The notes under the pieces were generated by a model that worked only from the letters and a program-made list of their open reading frames with translations, did no database searches and was not told the DNA's origin. Shown here one piece after another: positions 11,308 to 22,941 of a stretch of DNA of 64,000 nucleotides; position 1 is the first letter of the stretch, and each line of letters begins with the position of its first letter. Source of the DNA: Antedon mediterranea (Eukaryota; Animalia; Echinodermata); assembly GCF_964355755.1 (NCBI RefSeq), contig NC_092675.1, forward strand, positions 29,856,912-29,920,911, read 5' to 3'. A program made the position numbers and the translations under genes.

Positions 11308-14300
11308 ATAACAGCAGAAAACTTGGTTACTTCATTGTTTTAAGCACTGTGATTAAAACAATGAAGTAACCAAGTTTTCTGCTGTTATTTTATTTATGTA
11401 TGCTCTACCTTGGTATTGAGCACTCTATCCTAACGGTCTGATAATTTCAACCTGAGTATATATATATATATATATATAAACAAATCAGGCAAAGAACATT
11501 AATTCTAAACCGCCCGGTAATATACTGAAATTTAATTAATTAATTTGGAGGAAATCTGTGAGAATGAGAAAAAGTCGCCCCAACCGAGACTCGAACTCGG
11601 ACCGCCTGCTTGATATGCAGATGTCCTAACCATTAGACCACTGGGGCTTTCATGGTATTGTTCGAACTCGATTGGATAGCGACTCTTTAACATTCTCGGC
11701 GTGGTACGGCGGAACAGCACTAGTCCTCAGTTGTACGCACGCGCACCAGAGATCAAATTGATACGCCCTCATCTTACAGTATTTTTATTCACGAGGCGGG
11801 ATCTCCGAAGAGATACTTTTATATATATAAACAAATCAGGCAAAGAACATTAATTCTAAACCGCCCGGTAATATACTGAAATTTAATGAATTAATTTGAA
11901 ACGATAAAGATATATATATACAGTATATATATTCTATCTCAACTTTATTTTGACACAAACTTGAATTAGTGCAAATTATTTGGTGACATAACATTACATT
12001 TTTTTTTGTCAGGTAAAGACGTGCAAACCTGCCATGGGTTATTCATTCATTGCAGGTACAACTGATGGACCTGGTGTACTAAGTTTTAAACAAGGTAAAC
12101 ATTTATTTTTTTACATTAATAATGTGTTCCAAAAGGTATTAAAATTAAAAGAAAAACTTGTAATATAACATTGTAAATTGAATTAATGTGTATTTTTATC
12201 ATTTTTATATCTTCTTCTTCTTCTTCTTTCCAAATTTCATTGTTGATGTAACCATCATCATGTTCAGATATCATTCAGTCATCGGCCAAACCCACTCACC
12301 TACATTTCATTTTGTGATAGTAAAGAAGTTGTGAATGAATTTAATTAAGGTTTGTGAAATTATGTTTTAATTATATATACATAATATAGTTTAAAAGAAC
12401 ATGCAACACTTTTAAGAGTAAATCACACTGATGGGTTGAACATTGTGCTGGCTTGCCCACAATAATAAATTTCCTGAATATTTTGTATCATTTTAAAGAA
12501 CTTTAACAATTACTATGTAGGTGACACTGAGGGCAGTGTATTCTGGAATCTAGTTAGAAATGCTATCAAGGAGCCATCTGCAGAAGAAGTAGCTTGCCAT
12601 GCTCCCAAACCGATACTGCTACCTACTGGAGAGGTGAGAAACGTGGATCTGACTCAAAGCTTCTTTTGAGTTTGACCTCAGTGTATACCTGTTAACTCTC
12701 ATATAGCGCGTGAGTCTCACGCATGAGTGCTGATATTTTATGCCTCACGCATACGTGTCTGTTTCTCAAGCATCCATAAAAAATATTCAGAAAAACATTA
12801 TTTTGAAATTTAACTTAACAATTTGGCGAAGAGGTTAAACATAGAGATTATTTATTATAACATAGAGGGTACTATACAAGTTTAATTTAATGCCTCACGC
12901 ATTAGCCACTGAAAAAGTTGGCAGGTATATCAGTATTTTAAAACGTTTTAAAGAATACCAAATAATCAATGATTAACATAAGACTCATAAACTATTTTAA
13001 AATGCATAATAACTCCTAGTCTATCAGGCCCCTTAAACTTCTGTCCATTTTTCACATCTATTCCAGATGTCTCAGCCATGGAAGTGGCAACCTACTATTG
13101 TTGATGTCCAGTTACTCCGTATTGGTCAACTCGTCATTGCTGCTGTTCCAGGGGAATTCAGGTAAGTACATCTCCATTTTTCAAAAAACATTTATGAATT
13201 TGTTCTTGCACTGTTCTTGCATGGATAGTGTAATTTATTAATACTCATATACATATTACTTGCCAACATTCTGATCAATAAATAGAATATACAGCTATCA
13301 TCAGTAATACTAAAAGATAAATGTAAGCATCTTTTTTTTTTAAACAGCACAATGGCAGGCCGCAGGCTGAGAGAAGCTATCAAACAGGTATTCTTCCCTG
13401 TATTTCATTAATTGTTCAATATTATTAAAAGTTATTTTTCACTGTTGATTGGCTGTACTTATAAATAATCACTATTCTATATTTATTATTATTGTAAATA
13501 ATCACTGTATATATCTTATAATTAAGTTTTTGTTGTAAAAATCACTGTACTTCACATTATTATGGTAGATCATTATTATGACTAACAAATTGATCGAATA
13601 AAGTTCACAAGTACGGTAGTTATTACTAAAGAGGGCAGTAGACTACTTTTCTAATAAACACAGAACATTCTAAATAAAAGCACAGAGAAGTTCAAGCATT
13701 AGCACACTAAAAGTACAAGCATTAGCACACTAAAAGTACAAGCATTAGCACACTAAAAGTACAAGCATTAGCACACTAAAAGTACAAGCATTAGCACACT
13801 AAAAGTACAAGCATTAGCACACTAAAAGTACAAGCATTAGCACACTAAAAGTACAAGCATTAGCACACTAAAAGTACAAGCATTAGCACACTAAAAGTAC
13901 AAGCATTAGCACACTAAAAGTACAAGCATTAGCACACTAAAAGTACAAGCATTAGCACACTAAAAGTACAAGCATTAGCACACTAAAAACTAAGAAAGAA
14001 AAGCAAAGTAAAAGATATAAAATATACTGTAAACATGCTAAGAGTACTGCACAAATCAAACAATTTATTATACAGTATTTACGTTTATACAATAAAGATA
14101 TGTTTTATTTGCAGACATTAGTTGAGAATGGTATGAGTGATGATAGTAAGGTGGTTATTGCAGGCTTATCAAACACATATTCTGATTATATTGTCACCTA
14201 TGAAGAGTATCAGGTATGGTGGTTATCTATGTAAAATTAATTGAAACTATTATTTATTGTACAAATAATAATGGAAAATGAAGTGAGATATCTAAACGAA

Positions 14301-16498
14301 AATCTAGATCAGTCTGATGAAATTCTGATGAAAGTCTTTCCAATGTTGTCTCCATAGTCATTTTTGACTGAAAGATGCCTCATTGATTGAATAATATAAT
14401 TCTAATAATATATTCCTAAATAAATGAGCATTATATATTGAAAAACGCAGGCAGTTTAGTAGTTAGTTAACTTTAGACCACCACTCCCAAAATCAAATCC
14501 TGGGAATTAGCATTGTTTTCATATTGGACTATATTTTTAAAAGAAAATAAGATTGTATTTTATAATTGTTTGTAACTACTATGGTGTAGCTTTGCATCAG
14601 GGTGTTGTTATCATCCAGTACAACAGGAAGTCAAGAAGAAAATTTTATATTGTAATTTTTTAGATGTTTTTATATGAATGGTTTTATGCTATATTTGTTT
14701 TTATAGTGTTTTCTTTGTTATTATGACGAGCAATGAATTTCCTTTTTGAGGATCAATAAAAGTTATCTTATCTTATCTTATCTTGAGTAATTGGACCAAG
14801 ATAAGATGGTATTTGTTATTTATTTCTAGGTGCAACGCTATGAAGGAGCATCTACAATTTATGGTCCACACACGTTGAGCGCCTACATTCATAAATTCAA
14901 GCAATTAGCCGCGAAGATAGCATTAGTAAGTTTTAGTTTGTTTTTGTTTATTAGCTACTGCGTAAGTGTCATTTAAGTGTCATTTAACTCATTTGTATTT
15001 AATTTATTTGTACTTTTTTATGTAAGTTTTTATGAGCTCTGTATTTTAAATATTTGAATGTGTCAATGTCAATAAAAAGCAAATTTCCAAAAAAATATTG
15101 GACAAGTAAATGTTTTTCTTATCTTATTTATATGACAGCTACAGCAATTTTCATTGTTTTCCTCCTTTATCCTTAGATTCCCTGGTGTTTATTTTTTGAT
15201 GTTGTTATTTTAAAATATACTGTATTGTAATTTTGAAAGACTAAAAGAATAAATAAATTAAATTTTATTAAATTATTTATTTGTTTTGACAAGGGTACAA
15301 GTGAAGGGGAAGAAGTAGGAACAGCCCCTGTAACCACCAATTACACTGGATTCCTGCCTGATGTAAGAGCTGATCTTGGAGATGATTATGAAAAGGTGGT
15401 TGTACAACCAGATCCCAAGTACCGTAGGGTGAGTTTCTATATCATAACAGTATAAATGATTCTGTGTGTTTAAATATGACCTGTCTTTTGATACTGTACA
15501 TGGAGACTTGGTAATTTTATGCTGTATTGCTGGTAAAAATAACAAAGCAAAATGAAATTTGTATACTAAACAGATTTATTTTGCTTCAAAGGGTTCAATT
15601 GTACAAGCTGTGTTAGCCTGTGGAAATCCAAGACGAAGTGCATCAGAAATGGTAGGCATGCAGGAATTTATTAACCTTTCAAATGGAAATTAACCTATTA
15701 AAATAAAAATTAAATGTTGTAGAATTGACTAAAGCTTTCATTGTTGTGTTAGGACAGTGGACCTTATAGCTATACCTATGATTATTGTCATTTTTATTTA
15801 ACTTGATTTTCAAACAAAAACAAAAAAGATTTAAATTCTCTGTTTACATTTTTTTAGCGTGGAAAGTCCTACATGTATGTTGAAAAAAAGATGGTGGATG
15901 GAAGCTACAAGGAGATCTACAGTGATGCTGATTGGTCAACAAAGTAAGATATTTTATGCCAAAGCTGACAGTGCATATACTTTCTTACACATTCATACAA
16001 ATATAGAATGCTTTTACTGTAGAGAGAGAGAGGTGACAGGTATAGGTACCATGAAATCTTTTAACCACTTAGATTTCAAGGTACCTATACCTATATATTT
16101 AAAAATACCTTACCTTTACTGTATGTAATATATAATTTCTGCAGGGACCGTGCTTTTGAAATTCTGTTTCTATTTTTCTCCTTTTTTTCATATTTTGTAA
16201 AATCAGTAAAGTTTTTGTCAGACAATAAAGATTATTCTTGTTATACTTTATTATTTTCCTCTTTAATTTGTTTTTGTTCCATGACAGATTTGAATGGAGA
16301 AGGAAAGAAGTGAGCGCTGTGCCACCTGGATCTTACGGGGAAGCAACCTTATCCTGGAGTATCCCAATGGATATCGAACTCGGCACTTACCGTCTCAAAC
16401 ATTTAGGATATTATAGAAAAATAATAGGAGCTATGAGACAGTATGAGCAGGAAACGGAAGACTTTGAAATTGTATCAGAAAACTACAAACGGTCTTAA
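2951..16498 (+). CDS. ASAH2: Neutral/alkaline ceramidase paralogue 1 (secreted type), 19 coding exons
   Basis: Exons 2951-3088, 4265-4405, 5033-5209, 5298-5425, 5929-6006, 6598-6718, 7205-7327, 7449-7535, 7711-7815, 12013-12094, 12521-12633, 13067-13161, 13348-13387, 14115-14213, 14830-14925, 15294-15428, 15592-15651, 15858-15943, 16288-16498, all GT-AG and in phase. N-terminal signal peptide; motifs MMGYA, GIHLRLFSRAF, THTHSGPGG, NRSP, WFAVH, NLGDVSP, AGTTDGPG, VPGEF, YSDYIVTYEEY, QRYEGASTIYGP. Confidence 0.95.
4451..4611. mobile_element. MITE family A copy
   Basis: Degenerate TIRs (ATCTCTGTCTACACGATCAAACT ... TTTGATGGTGTAGACAGGGCT) and internal TACCATATTTG repeats. Confidence 0.8.
4823..4977. 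mobile_element. MITE family A copy (opposite orientation)
   Basis: AGCTCTGTCTACACTATCAAA ... TTTGATAGTGTAGACAGAACT terminal inverted repeats. Confidence 0.8.
6121..6340. mobile_element. Degenerate Tc1/mariner-pogo-like MITE
   Basis: TACAGAAGAACCTC ... GGTGTTCTACAGTA termini and repeated internal CTATTCAG.(T/A)GACAC motifs. Confidence 0.45.
6394..6550. mobile_element. MITE family B copy (TIR ~AGCTTGGTTCCCACTAG)
   Basis: TGATTCTCACTAG ... CTAGTGGGAACCAAGCT. Related termini at 46083-46284 and 56301-56487. Confidence 0.6.
6783..6940 (+). mobile_element. tRNA-derived SINE-like repeat, degenerate copy
   Basis: TTGGCTACCAATCCAAGGGTGCTGGGTTCAAGTCCTGTCATATGTCAGG contains a B-box. Homologous to the reverse copy at 17868-18024. 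Confidence 0.6.
9640..9789. mobile_element. MITE family A copy
   Basis: AGCTCTGTCTACACTATCAAACT ... AGTTTGATAGTGTGGACAGAGCT. Confidence 0.85.
9812..10397. repeat. 49-bp tandem repeat, ~12 copies, built from the MITE-A right end
   Basis: Unit GATGTTGTTTACTTACTTTTGTCAAACTAGTAGTGTAGACAGAGCTTAA, period 49 (9861 to 9910). Confidence 0.95.
11232..11263 (-). ncRNA. Degenerate minimal type-I hammerhead ribozyme motif (Penelope-like element remnant)
   Basis: Minus strand reads TTGCA-CTGACGA-AGGACCT-GAAA-TA-TC-TGAAA: CUGANGA and GAAA core boxes, tiny helices II and III, helix I with one mismatch. Confidence 0.4.
11299..11397. repeat. Perfect ~45-bp inverted repeat with 9-nt loop, between (TA)n tracts
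   Basis: ATAAATAAAATAACAGCAGAAAACTTGGTTACTTCATTGTTTTAA gcactgtga TTAAAACAATGAAGTAACCAAGTTTTCTGCTGTTATTTTATTTAT. Confidence 0.9.
11478..11898. repeat. 70-bp direct repeats (11478-11547, 11829-11898), 351 bp apart, enclosing the tRNA-like sequence
   Basis: AAACAAATCAGGCAAAGAACATTAATTCTAAACCGCCCGGTAATATACTGAAATTTAAT... occurs twice, each copy preceded by (TA)n. Confidence 0.9.
11576..11647 (-). tRNA. tRNA-like gene or pseudogene, 72 nt, anticodon ATC (Asp) on a Glu-like body
   Basis: GCCCCAG TG GTCT AATGGTTA GGAC A TCTGC ATATCAA GCAGG CGGT CCGAG TTCGAGT CTCGG TTGGGGC G. All four stems pair, A and B boxes present, T5 run just 3'. Confidence 0.6.
12684..12929. mobile_element. Small non-autonomous DNA element (possibly hAT-like MITE)
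   Basis: TATACCTGTTAACT ... AGTTGGCAGGTATA imperfect TIRs and internal CTCACGC repeats. Confidence 0.5.
13693..13988. repeat. 23-bp minisatellite, ~13 copies
   Basis: Unit CAAGCATTAGCACACTAAAAGTA, essentially perfect. Confidence 0.97.
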
Positions 16499-17031
16499 GT
16501 GAAGTTAATAAAGTTATTTAAAGTTCCATTACAATGAGTGAATGTTATATAATAAGATATATATTATTATTATTATTATTATTATTAGTGATTTAAAAAA
16601 CACAATCATAGAGGATTATTGTTTTCAGTGTGACAATTTTTGTGAAGAGTTCTGTCTTGATGGCTAAGACCATGGATTCGCAGACAAAACAAAATTATCA
16701 GTTAATTCTTTAACCAATAAAATGTGCATGATCAGTGATTACCAAACAACGAGATGCCCAATCACATTGCAACAATTTGTCCTCAAAGGTCAAATCTTGA
16801 AAATTATCACATTTATCTGAAAATTATCTGATTCGCGAGTGGAAACACACACAATATCTGGCGAGTCCCTAGCTGGTGAAAAAAGTCGGTGAGTATACGG
16901 TGGATAATTTTTGCTATAGCACGAAAATAAAAATCTGAAGTTATTATATTACCTATATTAAGATATCTGATAACATTTTTTACCACACCGTTTATTTTTC
17001 ATAGTATTTTAAAAATGCCTCTATATTTACA

Positions 17032-17188
17032 ACAAATAAAATTCGAACAAATATGAAACATAGGGGAACATATTGATAATGATTGGAATGTATGATCAAT
17101 AGAAATTGTTTTTCCCGCACCTGAACAACTCTGATAACGACATTATTAATTTGAGGCAGCTTGTATCTTGCGAATAAATAAATTCACA
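17032..17188. repeat. Dispersed direct repeat, second copy at 23792-23997
   Basis: ACAAATAAAATTC.AACAAATATGAAACATA...CTGAACAACTCTGATAACGACATTATT...GCTTGTATCTTGCGA is shared. The right copy has an extra ~50 bp. Confidence 0.8.
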
Positions 17189-17867
17189 TTCTCTTTCTAG
17201 TAACCACTTTGGTGATGTATTTCGTTTTTCTGTTTAATGCATTGATTATAGGCCTAATCACGAATAAAATAAAATGAAACAGTAAAAATCGAAAAATTGA
17301 AATACTAAAAAGTTTTATCCACCTATATTGTTGAAAGTAGATGTAACCTATTGAATACATTTTTTATTTCATATGCATCCAACATTGAGTAACTCGCCAT
17401 TTACCTCTGTACAAGCACTAAGAATATGTAATTAATAATTGATCATCTTTGGTCTCACGTGTGTAGTATTGGAACAGTTGTTGAATAATATATTTTTATT
17501 TATATTGTTTGTATTCATATCTGAATAAAACTCCCTCATATTTGCATGAGTAAATTTATGATATCCAAACAATAATTATGAAGATCCAATGTTGGAGTTT
17601 TTTTGTTTGATTTTTAATATATTTAAAACATACTAGCATATTATTATATCAATTAAAATACTAATAATAATTAATTGGATAATTAATAATTAACAAGTTA
17701 TATGACAATATATTCGATTATTCATTTTATAACATTTAGAATAAATAACTAGCTATTTTATTTTATTTTATTTTTATTTTATTTCATACTCATCCAACAG
17801 CGAGTAACCTGCCAATTACAGGATGGATAAACTATTTAATAATTTCACAAGACAAACATATACACAA

Positions 17868-18024
17868 GATGCTCTACATCAACAAAGACTTATTATTAAG
17901 TCTTTGGGAGTGGAGTTGTAAATTGTCATGAGAAAAAAACCCTGACATATGACAGGACTTGAACCCAGGACCCTTAGATTGGTAGCCAAGCATCATAACC
18001 ACCAAGCCACAGCTCCACTCCACT
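17868..18024 (-). mobile_element. tRNA-derived SINE-like repeat
   Basis: Minus strand GGAGCTGTGGCTTGGTGGTTATGATGCTTGGCTACCAATCTAAGGGTCCTGGGTTCAAGTCC (A and B boxes), then a tail shared with 6783-6940. Confidence 0.7.
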
Positions 18025-18157
18025 CTATTATTTAATAATATAATTATTTAATGATATTTCCAAATGTATACTGTACAGTAATAGCTAAAAAACAAAAGTG
18101 GAATCTTCGTTATTATTCATAAGTCAAATTATTCAATAATTACAGATTCTGATTTGT

Positions 18158-21100
18158 TTATGGTGCTCTTTTAACCATCATCACTGTTGTCTTAAGACCT
18201 CTATCAAAAGTTTTCTCCCAGTTGATGCCCGTGTTATTATGTGTACCTGGTGTGAGATAAAGCCCATTGAGGTTTGAATGATAACAGGAATAGTACCACC
18301 AAGCACCTTTGAATTGCTCAGCACAGTTTCTACTGCCTCTCTTATCATTGTCTCTATCATACGTTGTAAATTGTTGACCATTGTGGAATGCCATCGAGTC
18401 ACCTAAACAAACAAAATATTAGATAATCTTTAGTTTTCTTCATAAATATTTAAATTAAAATTCATTTTTAAATAGTTGTGTTTCTTTGTATTATAAAATA
18501 AAAGATGTATGAAAGGGAATATAATAATTTTACAATAATAAATAACCTACAATTCGTAATTTATTTTATATTGATTTAAATTTGTCTGTAAAAGAATTGT
18601 ATGCCATTACTTAATAATCTTTTAACTCTTATATCATTATGGTTGCTTTATTTTTAAAATTTTGTGAATGTAAATGTGAAATGTAAATGTGGCTTGACTT
18701 GACAGTAGCCTAACTACAGTAGTGTGAACGACACATGCAACAACTTTCTTCTCCCCTAAGTGTCTTTTCGTGTCGAGTGCTGCCACAAAACACAACGAAA
18801 GTGTTTGAATTGACCAGCACCTACACCCACTCTTGAAAGATGATCTGGTTTCTTTTGAGTGCACACGAGCCAGATATGTACACGGAACTCCAGTTTTAAA
18901 ACCTTACATGTGAAGGCTTTCTTGGTCATAGAGTTATTATAATTTATAAGCAATGCGCTTAAATAATGGAAAACACAAGATTTTTATTTTGAATTTCATT
19001 TCTTTAACTTAATTTTGTGCGCCAGATCGATCTATATCAACTTCGAAGTGGGAGTGATCCCTAGTTGTTATCACTGGCTCCTGTTTAGGGACCACTGTCT
19101 AATTATATTGAATAAAGGTGATGAATGCTGTGACCTGGGCACTGTTAAATAAAATGGAAAAGAAAATAGCATCAGCACAGCACAACATGGAAAGAAATAT
19201 GCTCGGAATCACACGTAATAAAGACAGAAAAACAAACGAATGGGTGAGAAAAGCCCAATACATTATGAGAACTATCAAATTAAGTGGAAGTGGGCTGGAC
19301 ATATCAGTAGGAAAACAGACAATAGATGGACTTCGCTAATGACATCATGCAGACCCATGGACGGGAGCAGAAATAGAGGAAGACAAAGAGTGAGATGGTG
19401 AGATGAAATAGAGCAGCTAGAGATAGTTCACTATGACAGAAACATGCTGAGGCTTTCGTCCAGCAGCAGTGAACTGACAACGGCTGATGATGATGATGAT
19501 GATGAATGCAAACAAAAATAACAATTAAAACAAGCAGTTTGCAAGTAAACTTAGGCTGTACATTATAAGGTACAAGGATTTTCAGTTCCCCACCCACCAT
19601 TTTTTTTCCAAAATATCATTATCAATAAAACACCTGTTTATTACATAATGAAGGTATGATTTTATTTGAGTAATTAGAGAATTCTATAATTGTGTTGATC
19701 TATAAGGGAATATGTCAAAAGAAACTCTACAATATGCTTGTTTACTTGAAATGTGTTTTTTAGTGTAAAATGTATTGTAGTATACTAACCCGCTGTTCCT
19801 GTGTATCCACTGATTGTCAAAGTATAGTTAAACTCTTCGGTACCAACACAAAAGTGAGAATATCTTGCGTTCTTCATTACATTCAAGTGGTCTGTCATTT
19901 CTACCAATAGCTCAAAATGGCCATCAGATGTTAAACGGTTGATCTGTTCATTACCAAGCCAGAACTCTGAGTTCACGTTTCCAAAACCCTCTTTGTATTC
20001 TGTCCAATTACGGTAGAAATCAACTGATCCATCTTGTCTTCTCTGTATCACCTGATAATGAAAAGATCTATACTCTACTTTACTAAAACAGTGATGGAAA
20101 GCCCATCAACTGGAGTAAATAGAAATGAATGAAATGAGAACCTAACTGCCAGTAATAATAATTTGCTCCTTGGTTCTAAGTATGCAAGTTTTGGAACATT
20201 AGTATATATAATGATCGGTCTTTTTGTTAACATTTCAACATATTTGTCAACCTGAAAGTTTCCACAGCTGTGTAAAGGCGCGCGCTTCCAAAGTCATACC
20301 AATGTTTTCTGTCCCTGGCACTGTTTTAGTAATGAATTATTTTAATAATAAAAGCGTAAAAGCTGTGGCAATGATGTTGGATTAACAGTACTTCTAATTT
20401 CTTTGAATAAATTGTTGCCTACTGTATACTTACCATCCAACCTCCATCTTCCCTCATGTCACAGTACACAGTAAACTCTGGTCCTCCATCACCTGGCTGT
20501 ATCACATATTCACCACTATCAGCAGAAGGAATATGTTGTAAAATGCCACCACAGTCCCTCATTCTCTCTAAAAATAAAAATAAAAAAGTTTGATGTTTAA
20601 AAAAAGATCACACTGGTATTATTAGGAAAAATAGTTTGTATCTATTATAGAGGAAATCCAATATTCAATTGTAAAAGTAATTAGTTAATTAATAATAATT
20701 AGTAATTTATAATTCTGCAAAATTTAAACTAGTTTCCAATGGACACAACTGAATCCCTAGGTGGTAATCCCATGGGCTTAGTAGATATGCCTATAACAAG
20801 TAGTACCAAATCATAGTTTATATATACAAAACGTTCATCATTCATTTGGTTTGAATTTATAGTAGGTTAAATCAATCCTGGTAACTGTACTGTAACATTT
20901 TGAAGGACACACAAAATAAAGAGAAAATTTCCTAGGCAAATTCAACAGCAACTACCACTACCAATCAACACTGATGTGAACCTCCATATAAAGAATCAAT
21001 TTATAAGAATCAATTTATTTAATATAGAAGTTTGCAAAATTGTATACATACTTTCTTTCCTTTCAATGTAACAAAATTCAAACGTTTGAATTATGTTGTT

Positions 21101-21358
21101 TTCAACAGATGATTTTTCCAGTATTTGCTTATTGATTTGACAAACACGATCCTTCTGGTTATAGTTGACCGACAAACAATCAGATTGATTCTTTGAACAT
21201 TCCAGTAAACAATTTAGTTTGTGTATATTCTTCAACTCATAACTCCAACCTTCAAGAGCATGCCCCTCTAGGATAACCGTATAATCATATGTATTGATCG
21301 AAAGATCACTGACAACAAAGGGCAGAAGAAAGACAATTATTAAAGTTGAAGATAGCAT
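18158..21358 (-). CDS. Secreted PAN/apple-domain + fibrinogen C-terminal (FReD) protein, ficolin/MFAP4-like, 4 exons
   Basis: Exons 21358-21052, 20567-20434, 20051-19790, 18402-18158 join in phase. Signal peptide; PAN-like CLLEC..CLSVNY..CQIN; FReD motifs RDC, VYCDM..GGW.VIQRRQDGSVDFYRNW.EYK.GFG, EFWLG, FTTYDRDND, NCA...GAWWY.SC.HSNLNG.Y. Confidence 0.92.
19120..19505 (+). mobile_element. RTE-clade LINE 3' fragment
   Basis: Degenerate AQHNMERNMLGITRNKDRKTNEWVR and KWKWAGHI-like coding, then GAGGCTTTCGTCCAGCAG and a (GAT)n tail. Lies in FReD intron 3. Confidence 0.8.
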
Positions 21359-22856
21359 TACGACGTTTTAGAATTATGTATTGACGAATGAAACGGTTAT
21401 CGTGCCAATAAAATCTACAAGTCACCTAGCCTTCAAATACTCGACGTACGCCTGTATGAGTTTCTTAACGTTGTGGTACAAACTATTTTCATCTTATATG
21501 AAGATACAGTAGATATTCCATTATTCAACCACATCATAGACAACTCAGTGTGTACCAATCAAAATGCTGAGTGTAAGATATGATTTACATAATAATGTTT
21601 GAACAATCATGAAAATATACTCTTTTGTTTTTTTATACGCATTTTTTTTTTGTGTGTGTACAATCTATATTATAAATTATGGTTAATTCTGACATAGGCG
21701 AGAACAATGGAAAAACTTCGGGACAAATCTCTGCCTTGGATACCTACCTGATCTATCTAAGATGTACCGTGAAATGTAAATTTGATAATATTAGTTTTCA
21801 CTATTACAATATTGTTCCATATTTCTATCTTAGGAAGATATTATAAGAGTTTCTGATTTCATCGGTAGATTTTCAACTAAATTTTAATTGTACGCGGTCA
21901 AAGTAATTTCCGGGTTCACGATGAGTTCACGGGTTCACCTTGCAACTATCTGGTTTCAACTAAGTTGGCCGTTAGTGGCTATAGCCAGTTTAGTTTTTTT
22001 TGTTTATTTTCGGATCGGAACGCGCGTGTGAAGGTACAGTAGTTAAAAAATAAAAATTATATTGCAAATTAATAAAGATCAAATTAAATATACGCCATAA
22101 AGCATCGGAATATACTGTGGGAAATAGTATTATAACATTACATAGAGAGATCTGATGATAAGAAATTTTGTTTAAAATCAAGTGAAATCCCGATAGCAGA
22201 GTTTTATTGAGTAAGCTGACAGGAATAACTGTAGGCTATCTGTGTCCCGTTAGGACTGGGATGTTTGCCCATGTTGCAAGCCGTCTAAAACGTCTTCCTT
22301 CTTGGGCCAAAACGGGCCACTTTGTCGCGGAAGTTAGTTTCAAAAGATGTTTAAATTAAATAATGTATTAATTATTAGGATGGTATTTATTTGAATAAAC
22401 GTCCTCAATAACACATCACTTTGAATAATAATCGCCCACACCCCCACCCCCCCCCCCACCAACTATCTAATAAACGCCCATCCACATTTATACACACAAT
22501 AGGCATATTGTATTATATTTATAATAACACAATTTTACTATTTGTAGTAGAGTCATCGCACTGTTATCTACAATTTACCAAGCATTTGTTATTCTCTTTT
22601 ACCACTTTTCATATCTATTAGAGGATTGTATTTGATTATAAATGTTACCACATTATTAAAACTAAAAAAATAAACATATCCCTCGATAAGCACCTCTCTC
22701 AAATGAACTCCGTCTCCCACCTCCGCCCTATAATATACTCATTAAAATGTTATTAAACATCTACGACACTGTAAAACAGAGTAGGTTTAGTTTTACGAAT
22801 GTCAAGCATTTTCAATAATGGTAACCGACAGTACAAGGAGACCGTCCTTCTAAAAA

Positions 22857-22941
22857 CTTTTTACCCGAGTCATTATCATTCCGAGAACCATCGTCTACAC
22901 TTTCTGAGGAGGGAGCGAGCGAGGCGAGCTCACCCTCTAGT
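22857..22941 (+). mobile_element. Possible Helitron/Helentron-type 3' terminus
   Basis: GC-rich hairpin GAGGGAGCGAGCGAGGCGAGCTCACCCTC followed by TAG|T; TTTTTACCCGAG upstream. Confidence 0.35.

Noticed and set aside
17868-18024. Functional tRNA-Gly(ACC)
   Set aside because: The acceptor stem does not pair, and a non-tRNA tail is shared with a second copy, so it is SINE-like.
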